Assembly (NCBI RefSeq): GCF_009834535.1
Contig: NC_045696.1
Location: 119,290,001 to 119,354,000 of the forward strand
DNA: 64,000 bases
Reading direction: 5' to 3'
From: Camelus ferus
Lineage: Eukaryota
Notes under the pieces: generated by a model
Database searches by the model: none
Seen by the model: the letters and a program-made list of their open reading frames with translations, nothing else
Told to the model about the DNA's origin: nothing
Translations under genes and position numbers: made by a program
Shown here: positions 1 to 13,901 of the stretch, in pieces
Layout of the letters: each line of letters opens with the position of its first letter
Position numbering within the stretch: the first letter of the stretch is position 1

Positions 1-2229
1 GAGGGCTAGGGCACAGGCAGCCTGGAGGCAGCTGGGAACAACTCCCTGGGGGTCTCAGCGGCCCTGCGAGGGTTGCTGATGCTGCGTGAGCAGGGCAGGG
101 CGGCCTCCCGGGGGAGTCCGGTTCTGCACCTGCTCCCAGAGTGGCGGCATCCCGTCAGACCCAAAGGCGGGACCCAGCAAGCCCTCCACTGGGGTTCTCG
201 GTGACTGTGGCCGGAGAAGGAAGCAGGGCGGTGTGCACAGGTTCCTGTTAACTGTCACTTAAGACCTGCTGGCTGCGGGTTGCTGGTCTCAGCACCCACA
301 AGAGGAGCGCCTGCAAGAGGAGCCCCTGTGCATTCATGTGGGCACGTGGGGTCGGTTTCCTCTCTAGACGTGCAGTTCGAACTCCCACCCAGAGTGCTGA
401 GTGCTGGAAAGCGATGGAGACGGACCCAGTCCTGGCTCCCCTGGGCCCCCCGCAGACCCTGAGTAGTTGCCCCAGTGGTTGTAACTGTGCTGATTGGTAC
501 TGGCCGTGGAGAAGCGGGCTGCCATGAAGGCAGGCATGGGCCGGGGGTGCGCCCGCCCGGGACAGACTTGCAGAGGGAGTCAGCGAGCTAGGCTGAGACC
601 TGAAGGCAGAGGTCAGGTGAGCCGTCCTGGGGAAGGCAGCCTGCCTGCTGGTGAAGAGCCCCCAAATGATTTTAATGGTGATGCTGGCAGTTACAGAAAA
701 CTGTGTCTTGGAAATGAGGTAAAGGACTTTGTTCAATCCAGAGGTGGTTTAAAAACTCAGGCTCCATGTTGGCTGACTGAGGAAAGAAGAAAAGTTTTTC
801 AGCCTATCACTAATATAGTAAAACCTACACTTCTGTATTTAAATGGGTAGCTCACTAATCATTAAACTCAATGTGGCTTTGCATTTTTCTGCTGCCTCCA
901 AATAATATAAAGGCTCAATGATGTTAAGAAATAGATTTCACTTACCAGGGTATTAAAATGCTTCCTGTGGTGGACCTCTATGTGTGTGCACCTTCAGTCC
1001 TGGGTCTTTTTGATTCTTCCATGAAAAAAACAAGTAAATCATCTTGGAAGGGAGGACAGCCAGCAAGCCTGCCAGTTTCTGGATTCACAAAATGCCTAAG
1101 TTACTGATCTGCCTAAAACTTCCTTTTCTTGCAGCTGGGGATCTATCCATTTAGCCCCTGTCTCAGTCTAGCCCACCTGAAGCCCCAACAGGCAGATGTT
1201 GTCAGTTTTCTTCCTTACTAATGGTGAAGCTACCATTTCTCTTGAGCCCCAACTCCAGAATTTAATCAGCAGGACCGTGCAAGAGTCCTCTACATCAAAC
1301 CAGACTTTCCCCTTGTTCCAGCCCCAGGCAATTTCTTTTTCTTCTGTCAATGTGGGAGATGCAAACAACAGTCACTGAAATGATTAATCAAATATTTGAA
1401 GACGGTTGAGACACTCCATGGTCATCACTCATCAGAATGGCCAACCTCAACTCCCCTTGGTCTCTAAGGCCTGTTTTCCCATCATGAAATTGTAGAACGG
1501 TGAAGCTGTAAGGGATTTTAAGTTGGCAGAGTCTTACCCACTTGACAGATGAGGAAAGCAGGTCATGGAGAGAAATGGGGGCAAGTCATGTGGGAAGCAA
1601 GTTGTAGAAACGGAGGATTCAGGTCTCTCTGCCTGGCGCCACGTTCTTTCCATCAGACCACACAGCCAACCACGCTCTTGTCTTGTTCTTGGCTTCTCTA
1701 GGCTCTTACAGTCTCTAACAACAGAGAGACTCAGTTGGATTAAAAAACTCTCATCAACTGGGATGCTGTGCTAGTGGGGTGCTCTGGTTAATCGAGACTC
1801 TCTAAAAAGATGGAGAGTCCACCCATGAGTGGCTGGGAGGATTTTAGAATAGGTCCAAGTCTGTTGAGGGGACGTCCCCTGAGAGGAGAGGAAGGAGGTC
1901 GGGTCCCACAGGTCTGGCTTTGTCACTCCCAGCCAGGTAACTGTGGGCGGGCCATCCAACCACTTCCCCTCATTTCCTTGTAGGTAAAATGAGACAGTAT
2001 CATTCACCACCTACTTTACATAAACGTCGTGGAGCAATTTAAGGAGATAAAAAAACTCCTCATCAAATTTCAGGAACTTTGGTAGTGTTCAGTTGATAAC
2101 AGAGCTCTAACCAAAATCCCTACTGCTGCAGAATTCAGGTTAAGCCCAGAGTTACTGTTTCCCATCACTTTACCTTTATCACTTCACCTGCAAAAATGAA
2201 GTTATATCACCACGGACAAGATCTATTTG

Positions 2230-3350
2230 TGTTTAAATAACCTGAGGATGAAAAAGATGTGGTAAAGAATATACAGGACGAACTGAAAAGATAAATTAAT
2301 GAAAACAGTGTGATTTCAGAACAGGTACAAACAAGGAAACTTCCGAAACAGAGTGGTGAGGGGAATTCAGTATGTGATAAAGGAGTCATTCCAAACCATC
2401 GGGGAAAGGGGGGAATGTTTCATAAATGGTGTCAAGCAACTGGAGAGCCAGCCATATGGCAGAAGTGAGACCCCTGTCCCCCATCCAGCACAAAAATTAA
2501 TTCCCAATGGATTAAAGACCTGCAAAAGTATCAGAAGAAGATACATCCATAAAAACCAAGGGGGAAAGACTGACATATCTGATTATATATAAATGTAAAA
2601 CTCTGGTATAAGTTATAAGAAACAGAATTCAGGGACAGGGAATAGACTGGGGGAAGTGTTTGCAATATATATATAATGGACAAAGGATTAGCATCTATTG
2701 TATGAAGAATTACAAATCAGATATCAAAATGGACAAAATGTGAGCACACAATTCTCAAAAGAAGAGAGAAATGGCTAGAACACTTGATGGAAAAACGATG
2801 CTGGAGAGCAAACAGGAAATTAAAAAAAAAAACCTTTCATCTAACTGACTAGGAAAAACTGTGTAAAGATTTAGAATATCTAGTATTAGCCAGAAGGTAG
2901 GGAAATGGGTACTTTCATGAGCCGTTAGACTATAAATCGATCAGGCATTTATAGGGCATTTTGAAAATGCCAGTCAATTTTTGATCCAGAAATGACAATG
3001 CTAGCAATTGTACGGGACCATGTGCACAAAATTACATGAACAAATTTGTTCACTGTAAATTGTTTGTAATGGACCCAAACTGGGAAATGTCTGTTGGAGA
3101 GATATGGTTAAGTACATCCTGGTATATATATCCGTAATTTGCAGTGTATTAAATGCAATGAAATCTAAAAGCACACATATTTCATAGGTATTCCACATCA
3201 ATACACTGTAAAAAGTCTAACAGGCTGCCCAGCAAGCTTTTTATGAAGTTCATTCTAGGTGAGGGAGTGGCACGGGGAGAGAACTTCAGAATTTTAGTTT
3301 ACATACCTTTTATATTATTTGATTTTTTTAATGATCAGTGTATCAGGTAA
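2230..3350 (+). mobile_element. Ancient degraded L1 fragments (ORF2 3' part / 3' UTR)
   Basis: L1-like motifs such as caaaaattaattcccaatggattaaagacct and ggggaagtgtttgcaata; no ORF. Confidence 0.55.
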
Positions 3351-4077
3351 TTAAAAAAGAACAAAGAAATCGACAGAATCTTGGTATGCTCAAGCAGAGC
3401 GAAACGGGGCACGGGGGTGAGATGAAAGAGACCGGGCTAGGTGAACGGGCCCTGCAAGGTTGGTAAGAGCTCAGAACAGACTGGATCAAGACGGCTGCTC
3501 AACAACTGGGGAAGTCTGGGTTCCTGAGCACGAAGCATTTTTAAAGGCATGCCTGGGTTCGGTGGTGGATTAGGAGGTATCTTTAAATGTCATCACTACA
3601 CTGGCTGTGTAGGCGCCTATTAGGGAAGAGTAATATTAAAGACGAGATATCTCACTACTTCTCTGAGATGAGAGCAGGGTGCTTCTTTGAGGTTCATTTA
3701 AAATAAAACGAAATAACAGTTCTCAGGTTGAATTATCAGGATATGATTATCTGCAATACCCAGGAATGAAGGATACTGCTGTTTTTTCAGAAAGAAAAGT
3801 CTCAGGCAGAGGCACATGACATTGGACGGTGTCTGACAGTCACTGTGTGTGCCCACGTACTGGTATTCGCACCTGCTCACATGGACACGCTTGTGACACT
3901 GCATCGTGTAGGAACAATTCTCCCAGCACTGTCCCCAGAGTGGGTTCAGCCTTTCCCACTGTCCCCTCACCTCCCCATCACTACTGTGAACCACCCTGTC
4001 ATCCAAGTTCTGCAGTCTTTCAACCAGATATAGTTGCAAAACAAAAAAAAATTTTTTCCCCAAAGCATTTCCACTTT

Positions 4078-7000
4078 TTAAAAAAAATTGAAGTATAGGT
4101 AATTTATAATGTTAATTTCTGGTGTACAGCATAGTGATTCAGTCATACATACATACATATATATATATATACTTTTTCATTGTAGGTTATTACAAGATAC
4201 TGAATACAGTTCCCTGTGCTATACAGTAAATCCTTGTTGTTTATTTTATATATATTTGTATCTCCTAATCCCAAATTCCTAATTTATCCCTGCCCCTCTT
4301 TCCACTTTGGTAAGCCTAAATTTGCTTTCTGTGTCTTTGAGTCTCTTTCTGTTTTGTAAATAAATTCATTTGTATTATTTTTTGAGATTCCACATATAAG
4401 TGATATCATATGATATTTGTCTTTCTCTGTCTGACTTACTTAACTTGATATGATCATCTCTAGGTCCATCCATGTTGCTTCAAATCACATTATTTCATTC
4501 CTTTTTATGGCTGAATAGTAATTCCATTGTGTATATATACCACAGCTTCTTTATCCAGTCATCTGTCGATGGACATTTAGATTGCTTCCATGTCTTGGCT
4601 ATTACGTATAGTGCTGCTATGAACATTGGGGTGCATGTATCTTTTTGAATTAGAGTTTTCTCTGGATATATGCCCAAGAGTGGGATTGCTGGATCATATG
4701 GTAACTCTTATTTTTTAGTTTTTTGAGGAACCTCCAGACTGTTCTGCATAGTGGCTGCACCAAATTACATTCCCACCAGTAGTGTAGGAGGGTTCCCTTT
4801 TCTCCAGACCCTCTCCAGCATTTATCACTTGTGGACATCTGGATGACGGCCATTCTGACTGGTGTGAAGTGATATCTCATTGTAGTTTTGATTTGCATTT
4901 CTCTCGTAATTAGTGATATTGAGTATTTTTTCATGTGCCTATTGGCCATTTGTATGTCTTCATTGAAGAATTGCCTTTTTAGGTCTTCTGCCCATTTTTG
5001 GATTGGGTTTTGTTTAACATTTCTTTATTGTTCTAGTCATTTTACAATGTTGTGTCAAATTCCAGTGTAGAGCACAATTTTTCAGTTATACATGAACATA
5101 CATGTATTCACTGTCACATTTTTTTTTGCTGTGAGCTACCACAAGATCTTGTATATATTTCCCTGTGCTATACAGTATAATCTTGTTTATCTATTCTACA
5201 TTTTAAAATCCCAGTCTGTCCCTTCCCACCCCCTGCCCCCTTGGCAACCACAAGTTTGTATTCTATGTCTATGAGTCTGTTTCTGTTTTGTATTTATGTT
5301 TTGTTTTGTTTTTCTTAGATTCCACATATGAATGATCTCATATGGTAATTTTCTTTCTCTTTCTGGCTTACTTCACTTAGAATAACATTCTCCAGGAACA
5401 TCCATGTTGCCGCAAATGGTGTCATGTTGTCGGTTTTTATGGCTGAATAGTATTCCATTGTATAAATACACCACAGCTTCTTTATCCAGTCATCTGTTGA
5501 TGGACATCTAGGCTGTTTCCATGTCTTGGCTATTGTAAATAGTGCTGCTATGCACATTGGGGTGCAGGTGTCATTTTGAAGTAGGGTTCCTTCTGGATAT
5601 ATGACCAGGAGTGGGATGACTGGGTCATATGGTAAGTCTATTCCTAGTCTTTTGAGGAATCTCCACAGTGGCTGCACCAAACTGCATTCCCACCAGCAGT
5701 GAAGGAGGGTTCCCTTTTCTCCACAGCGTCTCCAGCATTTGTCATTTGTGGACTTTTGAATGCTGGCCATTCTGGTGTGACGTGATACCTCATTGTAGTC
5801 TTGATTTGCATTCCTATGATAATTAGTGATATTGAGCATTTTTTCATATGCCTATTGATCATTTGTAATTCTTCCTTGGAGAATTGCTTGTTTAGGTCTT
5901 TTGCCCATTTTTGGACTGGGTTTTTTATTAAGTTGTACTAGCTGTTTACACATTCTGGAGATTAAGCCCTTGTCAGTCTCATCTTTTGCAAATATTCTCT
6001 CCCATTCCATAGGTTGTCATTTTGTTTTGCTTATGGTTTCCTTTGCTGTGCAAAAGCTTGTAAGTTTAATTAGGTCCCATTTGTTTATTTTTGCTTTTAT
6101 TTCTATTGCTTGGTTAGACTGCCCTAGGAGAACACTGCTAAGATTTATGTCAGATCATGTTTTGCTTATGTTTTCTTCTAGAGGTTTTTATGGTGTCTTG
6201 TCTTATGTTTAAGTCTTTAAGCCGTTTTGAGTTTATTTTTGGGTGTGGTGTGAGGGAGTGTTCTAACTTTATTGGTTTACACGCAGCTACCCGGTTTTCC
6301 CAATGCCACTTGCTGAAGAGACTGTCTTTTCTCCATTGTGTGTTCTTGCCTCCTTTGTTGAAGAGTAATTGATCATAGGTGTGTGGGTTTATTTCTGGGC
6401 TTTCTGTTCCATTGATCCATATGTCTGTTTTTGTGCCAATACCATGCTGTTTTGATTTCTATAGTTCTGTAGTATTGTTTTAAGTTTGGGAGGGTTATTC
6501 CTCCAGCTTCATTCTTTTTCTTCAGTATTGCTTTGGCAATTCTGGGTCTTTTGTGGTTCCATTTAAGTTTTAAGATTATTTGTTCTAGTTCTGTGAAAAA
6601 TGTCCTGGATAATTTGATAGGGATCACATTAAATCTGTAGATTGCTTTCGTAGTATGGCCGTTTTAACAATATTAATTCTTCCAATCCAAGAGCATGGGA
6701 TATCTTTCCATTTCTTTCAAACATCTTTAATTTCTTTTATCAATGTTTTATAGTTTCAGTGTATAAGTCTTTCACCTCCTTGGTCAAATTTCCTAAGTAT
6801 TTTTTAATGTAATTTTAAAAGGGATTTTTTTTTAACTTTCCTTTTCTGATATTTCATTGTGAGTGTAAAGAAATGCAACAGATTTGTTTTTTAATCTTGT
6901 ATCTTGCTATGTTGCTGAATTTGTTTATAAGATCTAGTAGGCTTTGTGTGGAGTCTTTAGGATTTTCTGTGTATAGTATCCTGTCATCCGCATATAGTGA

Positions 7001-7438
7001 ATGTTTTACAGCGTCTCTCCCACTTTGGATCCCTTTTCTTTCTTTTCCTTGTCTGACCGCTGTGGCCAGGATGTCCAATACTATATCGAATAGCAGTGGT
7101 GAGAGGGGGCATCCTTGTCTTTTTCTAGACTTTAGCAGGAAGGGTTTCAGCTTTTCACTATCGAATATTATGTTGGCTGTAGGTTTGTCATAAATAGCTT
7201 TTGTTATGTTGAGCTATGTTTCCTCTATACCCGCTTGGATTAAAGGTTTTATCATGAATGGATGTTGAATTTTATCAAGTGCTTTCTCTGCATCTATTGG
7301 GATGGTCCTGTGATCTGTCAGTTCTCTCGTGGATGTGTGTATCACACTGATTGATTTTGTGATGCTGAACCATCCTTGTGACCCTGGGATGAACGTGATC
7401 ATGGTGTATGACCTTTTTTATTTGTTGTTTAATTCAGT
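4078..7438 (-). mobile_element. 5'-truncated L1 with a second L1 3' end nested at about 5011-5925
   Basis: ORF2 C-terminal peptides (ORFs 4650..4949, 5315..5839, 6373..6627, 6854..7078); 13-bp TSD GCATTTCCACTTT at 4065-4077 and 7439-7451. Confidence 0.92.
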
Positions 7439-7960
7439 GCATTTCCACTTTCAATGACAAAAAATAGTTTCCCAAAGTATTTAAGTTGCTTCTCAAGATA
7501 ACCTTTGTTTTTACTTTCCTACCTTGAATTTCTAGCACAGTGACTGCACATAGTAGACCTTGGGAACAGTTAATTAATTTATCATCTTCTAGAAAAAGCC
7601 GTCACCTCCTCAGGTGGAGCCCCATTAAATGACTCTTTTGGGTTTTTTCATAAAATCAAAATGTTACTTCTCTCATCTTAAGAAAATGAACTGTGGTTTA
7701 GTTAGTTAATAGTACTGTACCAATTAACTGTGCTGTTGACTCCTTACTTTTGATAAGCATACCACACTGATGAAGGACGCTGTTGTTTGGGGGAGCCGGG
7801 CAAAGTGCGTATGGAAACCTTGTGCAATTTTTGTGACTCTTCTATAAACCGAAAATTATTTCATAAAGTTTAAAAACCAAATATTAAACAATGAGTTTAA
7901 AAACGGAGTTCTCTTGACCTCACTTCCCTTTCCAGCTACCATCCCATCTTTTCCCTTCCC

Positions 7961-8019
7961 TTTAGAGTAAGTCTTTTATTTTTTTATTATTACTATTTTT
8001 TTTTAGAGTAAGTCTTTTA
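7961..8019 (-). repeat. Poly(A)-only retroposition scar with 18-bp TSD
   Basis: TTTAGAGTAAGTCTTTTA at 7961-7978 and 8002-8019 flanks a 23-bp T-rich insert. Confidence 0.7.
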
Positions 8020-9984
8020 AACTGACTTATACTCATTCGTTACAATCTCTTTCCTCCCAGTTGTCCCCAAGCCCACCGCAACGTTTCAGTCTTAACACCC
8101 CCTCATCAGGGTCCCCGGTGACCCTCCAGCTGCTCCATCAGTGGCTGCTCATCAGAACCTGTCTCTCCTGTCACATCTCAGTGTGACACAGCTGACTCGC
8201 CTGTCCTGCTGGAGACACTTTCTTCATGTGGCTTTCGGACACCACACTCATCTCCTTCTCCTTCCTCCTGTTTATTTGAGCACTTTTTCCAACTCTAATA
8301 TCCTCAAACCTCACCAACCCCCACAACAGTGTGGCCCCCCATGAACACAGCCAGGGCGACCCCCAACAAGCTGAACATGGAAGAACTGACCACACTGGAG
8401 GCAAACAGTCAAAGGTACGAAAAGCCAAGAGTTCATAATGACACTTTTCATCTCACTGGTTATCTCTGGAGGTTGCTAGGACACCAACTCCTAAGACTAA
8501 TTGATAAAGGGAAAGAATCAATCATTGATCCTGTCTTTGCTATTCAGACTGATTTCAGGGCAGAGACAATGAGGGAAAAGTTCTTTTCAGAGGAATCACA
8601 GGTAATAAATGTAAAAAAAAATGACAGAGATGGATAATTAATTCTTAGTGAAATAGTAGGTATAGGTCATGATCACCAGCTACTAAGATAACTGGGTGAA
8701 GGATGATAGGGAAATTTATATTGGGGGGATCAGGCTGAAAAAAGCTGGACCTACTGATCAATCTTGAAAATACTGGAAGTGGACAGGGAGTAGGTGCCTC
8801 TTTGGGATGCAACAGAAATACAAACACCACCAATGGTGTCGTCTAGCAAAAAAAAGTTCTTGACTCTGAATGAGTCAAGAACTACTTACTCTAGATCTAC
8901 TCTAGATCTACTTACCAGCTGATGGGAAATGCAGAGGATGGAGGCTTATGTCCAATGCCACCTCGAGGATGGAGCAGGCTGGGCTAGCAACGTGGGGAAG
9001 TCTGTAGGACTGGTAACCCAGTTTCTTCAACAAAGTGTGATCTATGGAGATGTGCGTGGGACGAGGACAGGGGACTGTGGATTAGAAGAAACTCAAAAGA
9101 CATAACAAGCAAACACAATGTGTAGACTTTGAGGCAGTTGGGGAAAAACGCAGAAAGGTCTGAGATGCTATTAAGGAATCACCGTTACTTGTGTGGAGTG
9201 TGATGACGGTACTGTGGTCACGGAGAGGTGATTCAGCTCTGTTTACTGAAAAATTTACAGGTGACGTGATATTTCTAGGATTGGCTTCAAAATAATCCCG
9301 AGACCTCAAAACACAAAGAAGTTGAAGGCAGACTGAACTCAACAGCAGAATGCTGGTAATCAGTGAAGCTGGTGATAGACGTAGAAGAGTTAATTTCACT
9401 GTCTTCTCTACTTCGCTCTCTCTTTGAAAACTTTCATAATAAGATTTGTTCCTTTCAGGGTAGGTAGGGGCTACTGACCAGAACCAGTGTCCCAGGGAAC
9501 ATCCTTACCTCCGAGCTCCACGCCCACATGCAGACACTGTGGGATGAGGAAGGAAGCACTCTGGGCCTCACAGACAGCCACTTTCCTGGTAGCCTCTTTG
9601 GAAAAGAACTGGTATTTGACTTATTTTCTGATGAGCATTAGAGCTCATGCTGACACTTAACATTTGAGAAAGACTCATACATCAGCTTAAGCTCTTTTGA
9701 GTAGACTGAAAGGGTCTCACGTCGCAAGAAGAAACATCCTTCCAGGAATTCATGATACAGCCAGAAGGATGCTTAAGAATGCCTTGACAACAGCCCATTA
9801 GCTCTGGGCGGGCCCTTTCACCCATGAAGGAAATATCGAGTTGGAACCTACCACGTGCCCAGGAGAGCGCTGAACAAGACGGAGCCCTCCCTGCCTTACC
9901 CGCGGGAGGGTGATGGGCAGGCGGACAGGCCTGCGCCATCCGGCCTCTGGAACTCCTGTCTCAGTAGGACAAGGAAGAGCAAGT

Positions 9985-10190
9985 TAGTAACACACTCCTG
10001 CTCAGGCCGTGCTCTGCCAAGCACTTCATAACAGGCCCATGAGGTAGATAGTCTTAGTACCTCTGATTTACACGCGTGTGTACATGTGTGTAATTATAAA
10101 CCGAAGCATAATGCAGGGACTCACTCCAGGTCATCGACCTAGTAAGTGGCAGAGCTGAGATTTGAACCCAAGCAATCTGGCTCAAGGGCT
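9985..10190 (-). mobile_element. MIR SINE remnant
   Basis: MIR core-like gtaagtggcagagctgagatttgaacccaagcaatctggctc. Confidence 0.6.
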
Positions 10191-11798
10191 TTCCCATTAG
10201 CACTCTCAGCCCCAACACTAAATGCCAGGCCACCCCTGGCTGGAGTTCACTCAACTCTAAGCCCAGGGAGATCTTGACCAGCCCAGCAAATAAGGGCAAA
10301 AGGACAGTCTTGATCGGCAGACCAGAAATGCTGCTCAGCACTCAACACCCATGATGGCAGAGCTGGACGGAGCTACGGTCCCAGCCCAGGTCATGACCTG
10401 ACCCTTCAGCAGTTCAGAGGGCCGCAGGGTGGCGGGCAGATCTGGGCTCTTGCTCTGTGCCCACAGCAGGAAGACAAGCCATGGGGTGGGACAGATGGAG
10501 CCATAGGTGGTACCTCCCTGTGCTCCCGTCTGTGATGCCCGGAAGACCTCCCCGGCACTTCCGCTCCCAGGATGGAAACCCCTGGGGTGGCCATTCTCTC
10601 TGTTCCTTTGTGAATCCTCCCTGCAGCTGCCTCGGCCAGTTGGCAGAAGAGCCCTTTACTGTCCCTGCAGCCCTGAATCTCGTCACACTGTGGCCCTCGC
10701 CTCAGAAGTGCTCAGCCCTCGGCCTGGATGCTTTGGGGCCAACAGGTGACTGATGAGGGCTCCTTACGGAGGCCAGAGCCTCCCACACGCCCCTCACCCC
10801 TGAAATGCTGACGATCACTGCCCTGAATGGACTCTCTCGCCCCCAACAGCCCAACACCCCCCTTCCCGCCTACTGAACTCACATCTGGGATTGAAACAGT
10901 TCAAAGTTCAAAACAGGGCAGAGGCTAGAACAGGGAGGCCAGCCGTCGTCAGGCCCCACAAATCACTGATGTCTTTGAGCCCGAAGTCCCTGTAAGACCT
11001 GCAGTCCCAGAGATGAGAAAGGGCTGCGTGACCTCGCTCATCAGGTAGAGAACAGAATCCGAACAGTGGGTGCCTGCATCTGCAGCTGGCCTGCCCTTCT
11101 TCCTGGACCTGTTCCCCAGGAAGGCGCCATGGCCCGGACTGCTGGTCCTAGGAAGGATTTCTTTTGTTCTGAATATCTCCATGGAGAGAGGAAGTACAGT
11201 CTGCTTTCTAGCAGTTTCACCGGAGCGGCTCTGGGATGATGCGCCATCACTCTCTGCCCACCCCAGGGGCCGCCTCCCCACCCCAGCCAGGCAGGGGTTG
11301 AACACTGGTTGCTTTCTCTCAGTCACTCAACAAGGGACGGGGGTGCTGCTGTGCCAGGCACAATGCCAGGCAAGAGAACAAAATGAAAGGCAGAGAAGCA
11401 GGATTGGGAACGGGCTCTGTACCCCCTCACCCACCCTCAGCACGTTTCTACAGACAGCCGGGCCACTGAAAACAGACTCAAGGGGGAACTCTGCAGCCAT
11501 CAGCACCTTTGTCCTCAACGAGAAGCTGCCTCCTGGGTGGAGTGAGGAGGCAGGCAGCCGAGACACCGACCCCAGAAAAGGCTGCATTTGAGGAGAAACT
11601 GAAAGGATACATACTGAGGATATTCATTTACATGAAGCAAATATGCTGGATGTTCGCTTCCCTAAAGCTGCTCTCCTAACTGCTCTATTTCCAAACCCAA
11701 CTCTGCTGGTTGGAAGAAGCAAGCCTGCCGGCCACACTAAGGTAAACAGAGACATTACACAGAAAGAATTTCACAGCAAAATTAAGAATAGGTTTAAG

Positions 11799-11804
11799 TT
11801 TATT
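11799..11804 (-). terminator. OXNAD1: Probable OXNAD1 polyadenylation signal (AATAAA)
   Basis: AATAAA on the minus strand about 410 nt after the stop, followed by U/GU-rich sequence; a more proximal AATAAA lies at 12064-12069. Confidence 0.65.
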
Positions 11805-12210
11805 CAACGTAAGATACACAGATTGTTGTCAAATAATTTAAAGATAGCCTATATGTCACCCACAAAACCATATCTTCATAGGATGAAATATATGGATATG
11901 TCTTTCTTTTCCTTAAGGGGAAAGAAAATCTGTATTGACCAATTTGAGGTACGGCCTGAGATAATCAGTGACTCATAAAAGCAACTCAACATGGTAAGAA
12001 AGAGTTTAATCAATGAGGCTTTTGCAAAAAGTTTATCACTTAAGACTGTCAGCCGGTTTTCCTTTTATTCAGCCAACTGGTCACTTAGTTCACAGCCTTA
12101 AAAACCTAAGACTGGGGAGAGGTCAACTCATCCTGCCAGGAATCACAGAACGTACTATCTGTCACTGTCCTGAGTGGCCCTGACGCTCCCTTTCCCGCCT
12201 CGGCCAGCTC

Positions 12211-12365
12211 CTACCACCATTTCTCAAAGCAAATGTGCTCCGGGGGCACGTGGCGGTCTTCCAGCTCCTTGGAGAAGAAGTCTGTCATCGGAGGTGGGCC
12301 GCAAATGTAGAACAAAGTCTCCTTCGAAATATGATCACTTAACTCCTTCTCCGTGATTCTTCCTT
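12211..12365 (-). CDS. OXNAD1: OXNAD1 last coding exon ([51 protein letters not shown])
   Basis: ORF 12211..12450; YICGPPPM motif and aromatic C-terminus typical of the FNR family; summed exons 119+64+107+142+243+109+155 = 939 nt. Confidence 0.97.
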
Positions 12366-13019
12366 CTACCAAAACCAAAACAAAACAAAACAGGAAAAAC
12401 ACCAAGTGAAGCCAGACACGTTTGTACTGAAATGAGGAAGGACAAACCACAACTCAGCAACAGTGTTTGCTTTCAGCCACGCAAGCTCAGTGGGTTGCGT
12501 TCTGAGTCAGCGTCCGGGCCAGACCCCAGCAGAGAGCGCGCCTCCAGGTTCCAGAATTCATGGCAAACAACGTGGGCAGCTCACGGTAATGCTCTCTCCA
12601 CACAGGGCCCGGGAGTGCACTGATCTCTGGGACAGATTCAAAACTGCCTTCAGCAAAGTAAATAAACTGTTTTGTGAGAAATCCTTCCAAGAAGGGAAAC
12701 CTCTCTTAATGGCAAATGGAACTGATTCCATTCATAGCTGGAGTATAAAGTCTTTGTATGCATACATACACTGATGATGCAAAGGTCCCTTAAAAAATGC
12801 AGAAAATACATTTTTCATACGGGCAGGAGGAAATCTGTATGTAATAAGTCAATCCAACTAATCTCTCCTTATTCTTTCCAGGATGAATCATCTCTCAGTT
12901 CCCCAGGTAGTGACATTCCCAGCCAGCAACTCCCGGCCATAAGGCAGCTACCCTCCACCAACCGGCCGATCCACAAAATCATGGTGTGGAGATGGTCAGA
13001 ATCTCTGTGGGGGACTCAC

Positions 13020-13128
13020 CCGTGATGTATGGCTTGAGTTCTGCACTGATTTGTGCAGTCTGTTTCGTGACATGCAAACTGCACGCCATCTTCTCGGGAA
13101 ATTCATTGACTAAATCGAGGATATTTTT
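13020..13128 (-). CDS. OXNAD1: OXNAD1 coding exon 6 ([36 protein letters not shown])
   Basis: TTCCAG acceptor, G|GTGAGT donor; 109 nt, in phase. Confidence 0.95.
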
Positions 13129-13901
13129 CTGGAATGGCAAACATATTTTGGTCACACTACAATTTCAAAAAATCAAAACAGATGTTACAGCCCCCGCCTC
13201 CCCTACCGCCGGCCGCCGAACCTCCACTCCCATTCTGCGCACGTCTGCCACTTGGCTCTCTACTTAGAGAAACATTGTTTGCGGCGAGCAGGCCGGAGCA
13301 TTCAGAGTAGAGGGCTATTTGGCTTTAATTGAAATCTGAATATGCTAACAAGCATATTACTGACTCTCCGGGAGTTTTTTTCTTTTTTCTTTCTCTCAAG
13401 CGGGGGGCAATTAAGCAGCAGTTTCACTGACCACAGTTGTGTCTTTTAACTGTTTCTATTCTTTTGTTCATCTTTGCAGCTGCAAAGCAACCCCGAGTGA
13501 AAGCCTTCTCTGTCAAATGTGCTTAGTTTCCACAGATGCCATCGATGGGGGTTTCCTGGACCCAGCTGGGTCCAAACTCTGTCCGTCTCCCCGATTCCTC
13601 TGCATCCAAGCCCGCTTGCAGGCCTTGTGACTCTTGGAGGGGACCCCAGGGCCACGCTGACTTTTCTGCTCATCCACTGCCAGATTCAAGCCCACCAGAT
13701 CTGTCCTCTCCTGTCACTTCCCTGGGAGCCTCCTCTACACGAGCTTTTTCCATTGTCCTGGGTAAGATGGGTTGGTTCACTCTCATTTGAACATGATTAA
13801 GCCTTTTCAAGCCTGCTGCAGAGAAATCAGAATGGAGAGAAGAAAGTTCCACGGACCCTAAGACCAGAACCTAGCTACTGAAGCACACGCTTCTCCTTTA
13901 C

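Noticed and set aside
1..900. GC-rich ORFs (e.g. 494..850) as the last exon of RFTN1, the expected neighbour by synteny
   Set aside because: The translations do not resemble the raftlin C-terminus as I recall it; RFTN1 probably ends outside the window.
936..1030. Minus-strand donor-like site (TG|GTAAGT) as a distal OXNAD1 alternative exon
   Set aside because: No supported acceptor or reading frame, and such motifs are frequent.
11070..11591. 173-aa ORF downstream of OXNAD1 and similar 60-170 aa ORFs across the window
   Set aside because: No domain similarity or splice structure; overlapping frames are typical of GC-rich non-coding DNA.
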